Positions 63,304 through 63,927 of a DNA stretch of 63,927 nt are shown here, one piece after another. The translations under genes and the position numbers were made by a program. The notes under the pieces were generated by a model, which ran no database searches, was not told where the DNA came from, and saw nothing but the letters and a program-made list of their open reading frames with translations. The stretch's first letter is position 1. Every line of letters starts with the position of its first letter. Source of the stretch: Rhina ancylostomus (lineage: Eukaryota); NCBI GenBank assembly GCA_030265395.1, contig JARFYF010000036.1:33422546-33486472 (forward strand), written 5' to 3'.

Positions 63304-63927
63304 ATTAGTAAGTGATCATTATCCATGTTGCATACCTACCTCCTCCACTTTATCCTGAGAGTGCAAGCTCTGGAGTGCTGGAATTTTCAACTTTCACAGA
63401 GTATCCTCACGTTTCATTCGAATGGTTCGTTCCCTGCCTGATGTTGATTTTGAAAAATTAAGTCTGATTCAATAGGATTGAATGCAAATAGTGAATGAGA
63501 GGCTGCTGGATTGCAGGGTCCAACAGCAGCTTCACATTGCAATCCTTAAGATCTTTGAAAAATCTCTGTTTAAGTATGCATCATCTTTTCTACTTTACAC
63601 CTTTGTCTGCATCAGATTGATTTTTTTAATTCACAAAGCAAAATACCACAAATGCTGCAAATCTGAAACAAAATAGAAAATGCTGGAAATACTCAGCGAA
63701 GGGAAACAGGTGATCTTCAGGACTGCGAAAACCTAAAAGCAAAACAAAAACTTTAAGATGCAAAGGTAAGCAGGGAGGGGGAGGCAAAGAGAAAACGTTC
63801 TCTGATGGGAAGGGGATGCAATAAGAGAAGAAACTAAAATGTCTATAGGGCAGATGGAATTTTGGGAGTGAGGGTGGTTAAGGCAGCAATGAATAACAAA
63901 CAAATGGTTTTCTCCTTGTTATTATTT

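Larger units (their letters stand above)
62000..63615 (-). pseudogene. Fragmented Penelope-like reverse transcriptase relic
   Basis: In order: ADKG (63599-63610)..KDDAYL; HGAEEKLVIFLQNSN; SIY/PTAANS/ASSHP/IKRGLVKA; interrupted by two SINEs and a hammerhead dimer. Confidence 0.5.

Overview
Eukaryotic, AT-rich, repeat-dense vertebrate DNA from a gapped assembly (14 N-runs). The repeat set (CR1, L2, Rex1/Babar and RTE LINE fragments, V-, Deu- and Meta-type tRNA SINEs, Penelope-type termini) points to a cartilaginous fish, probably a ray. This assignment and all family names come from recalled consensus similarity, not a search. No intact protein-coding gene is visible: the long ORFs in the track are N-gap artefacts or LINE pieces. 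Main signals beyond the track: (1) about a dozen ~140-nt Penelope-type terminal units with a degenerate minimal hammerhead-ribozyme motif. One monomer and three head-to-head inverted dimers are flanked by 10-13 bp target-site duplications, and the units show three catalytic-core variants. (2) A frameshifted Penelope RT relic beside that cluster. (3) A frameshifted Gypsy integrase followed by a PPT and LTR start. (4) SINEs with the same head but different LINE-derived tails. (5) Candidate spliced exons on both strands with no recognisable protein. (6) An old 474-bp-period duplication. Repeat boundaries are approximate (about +/-20 nt).
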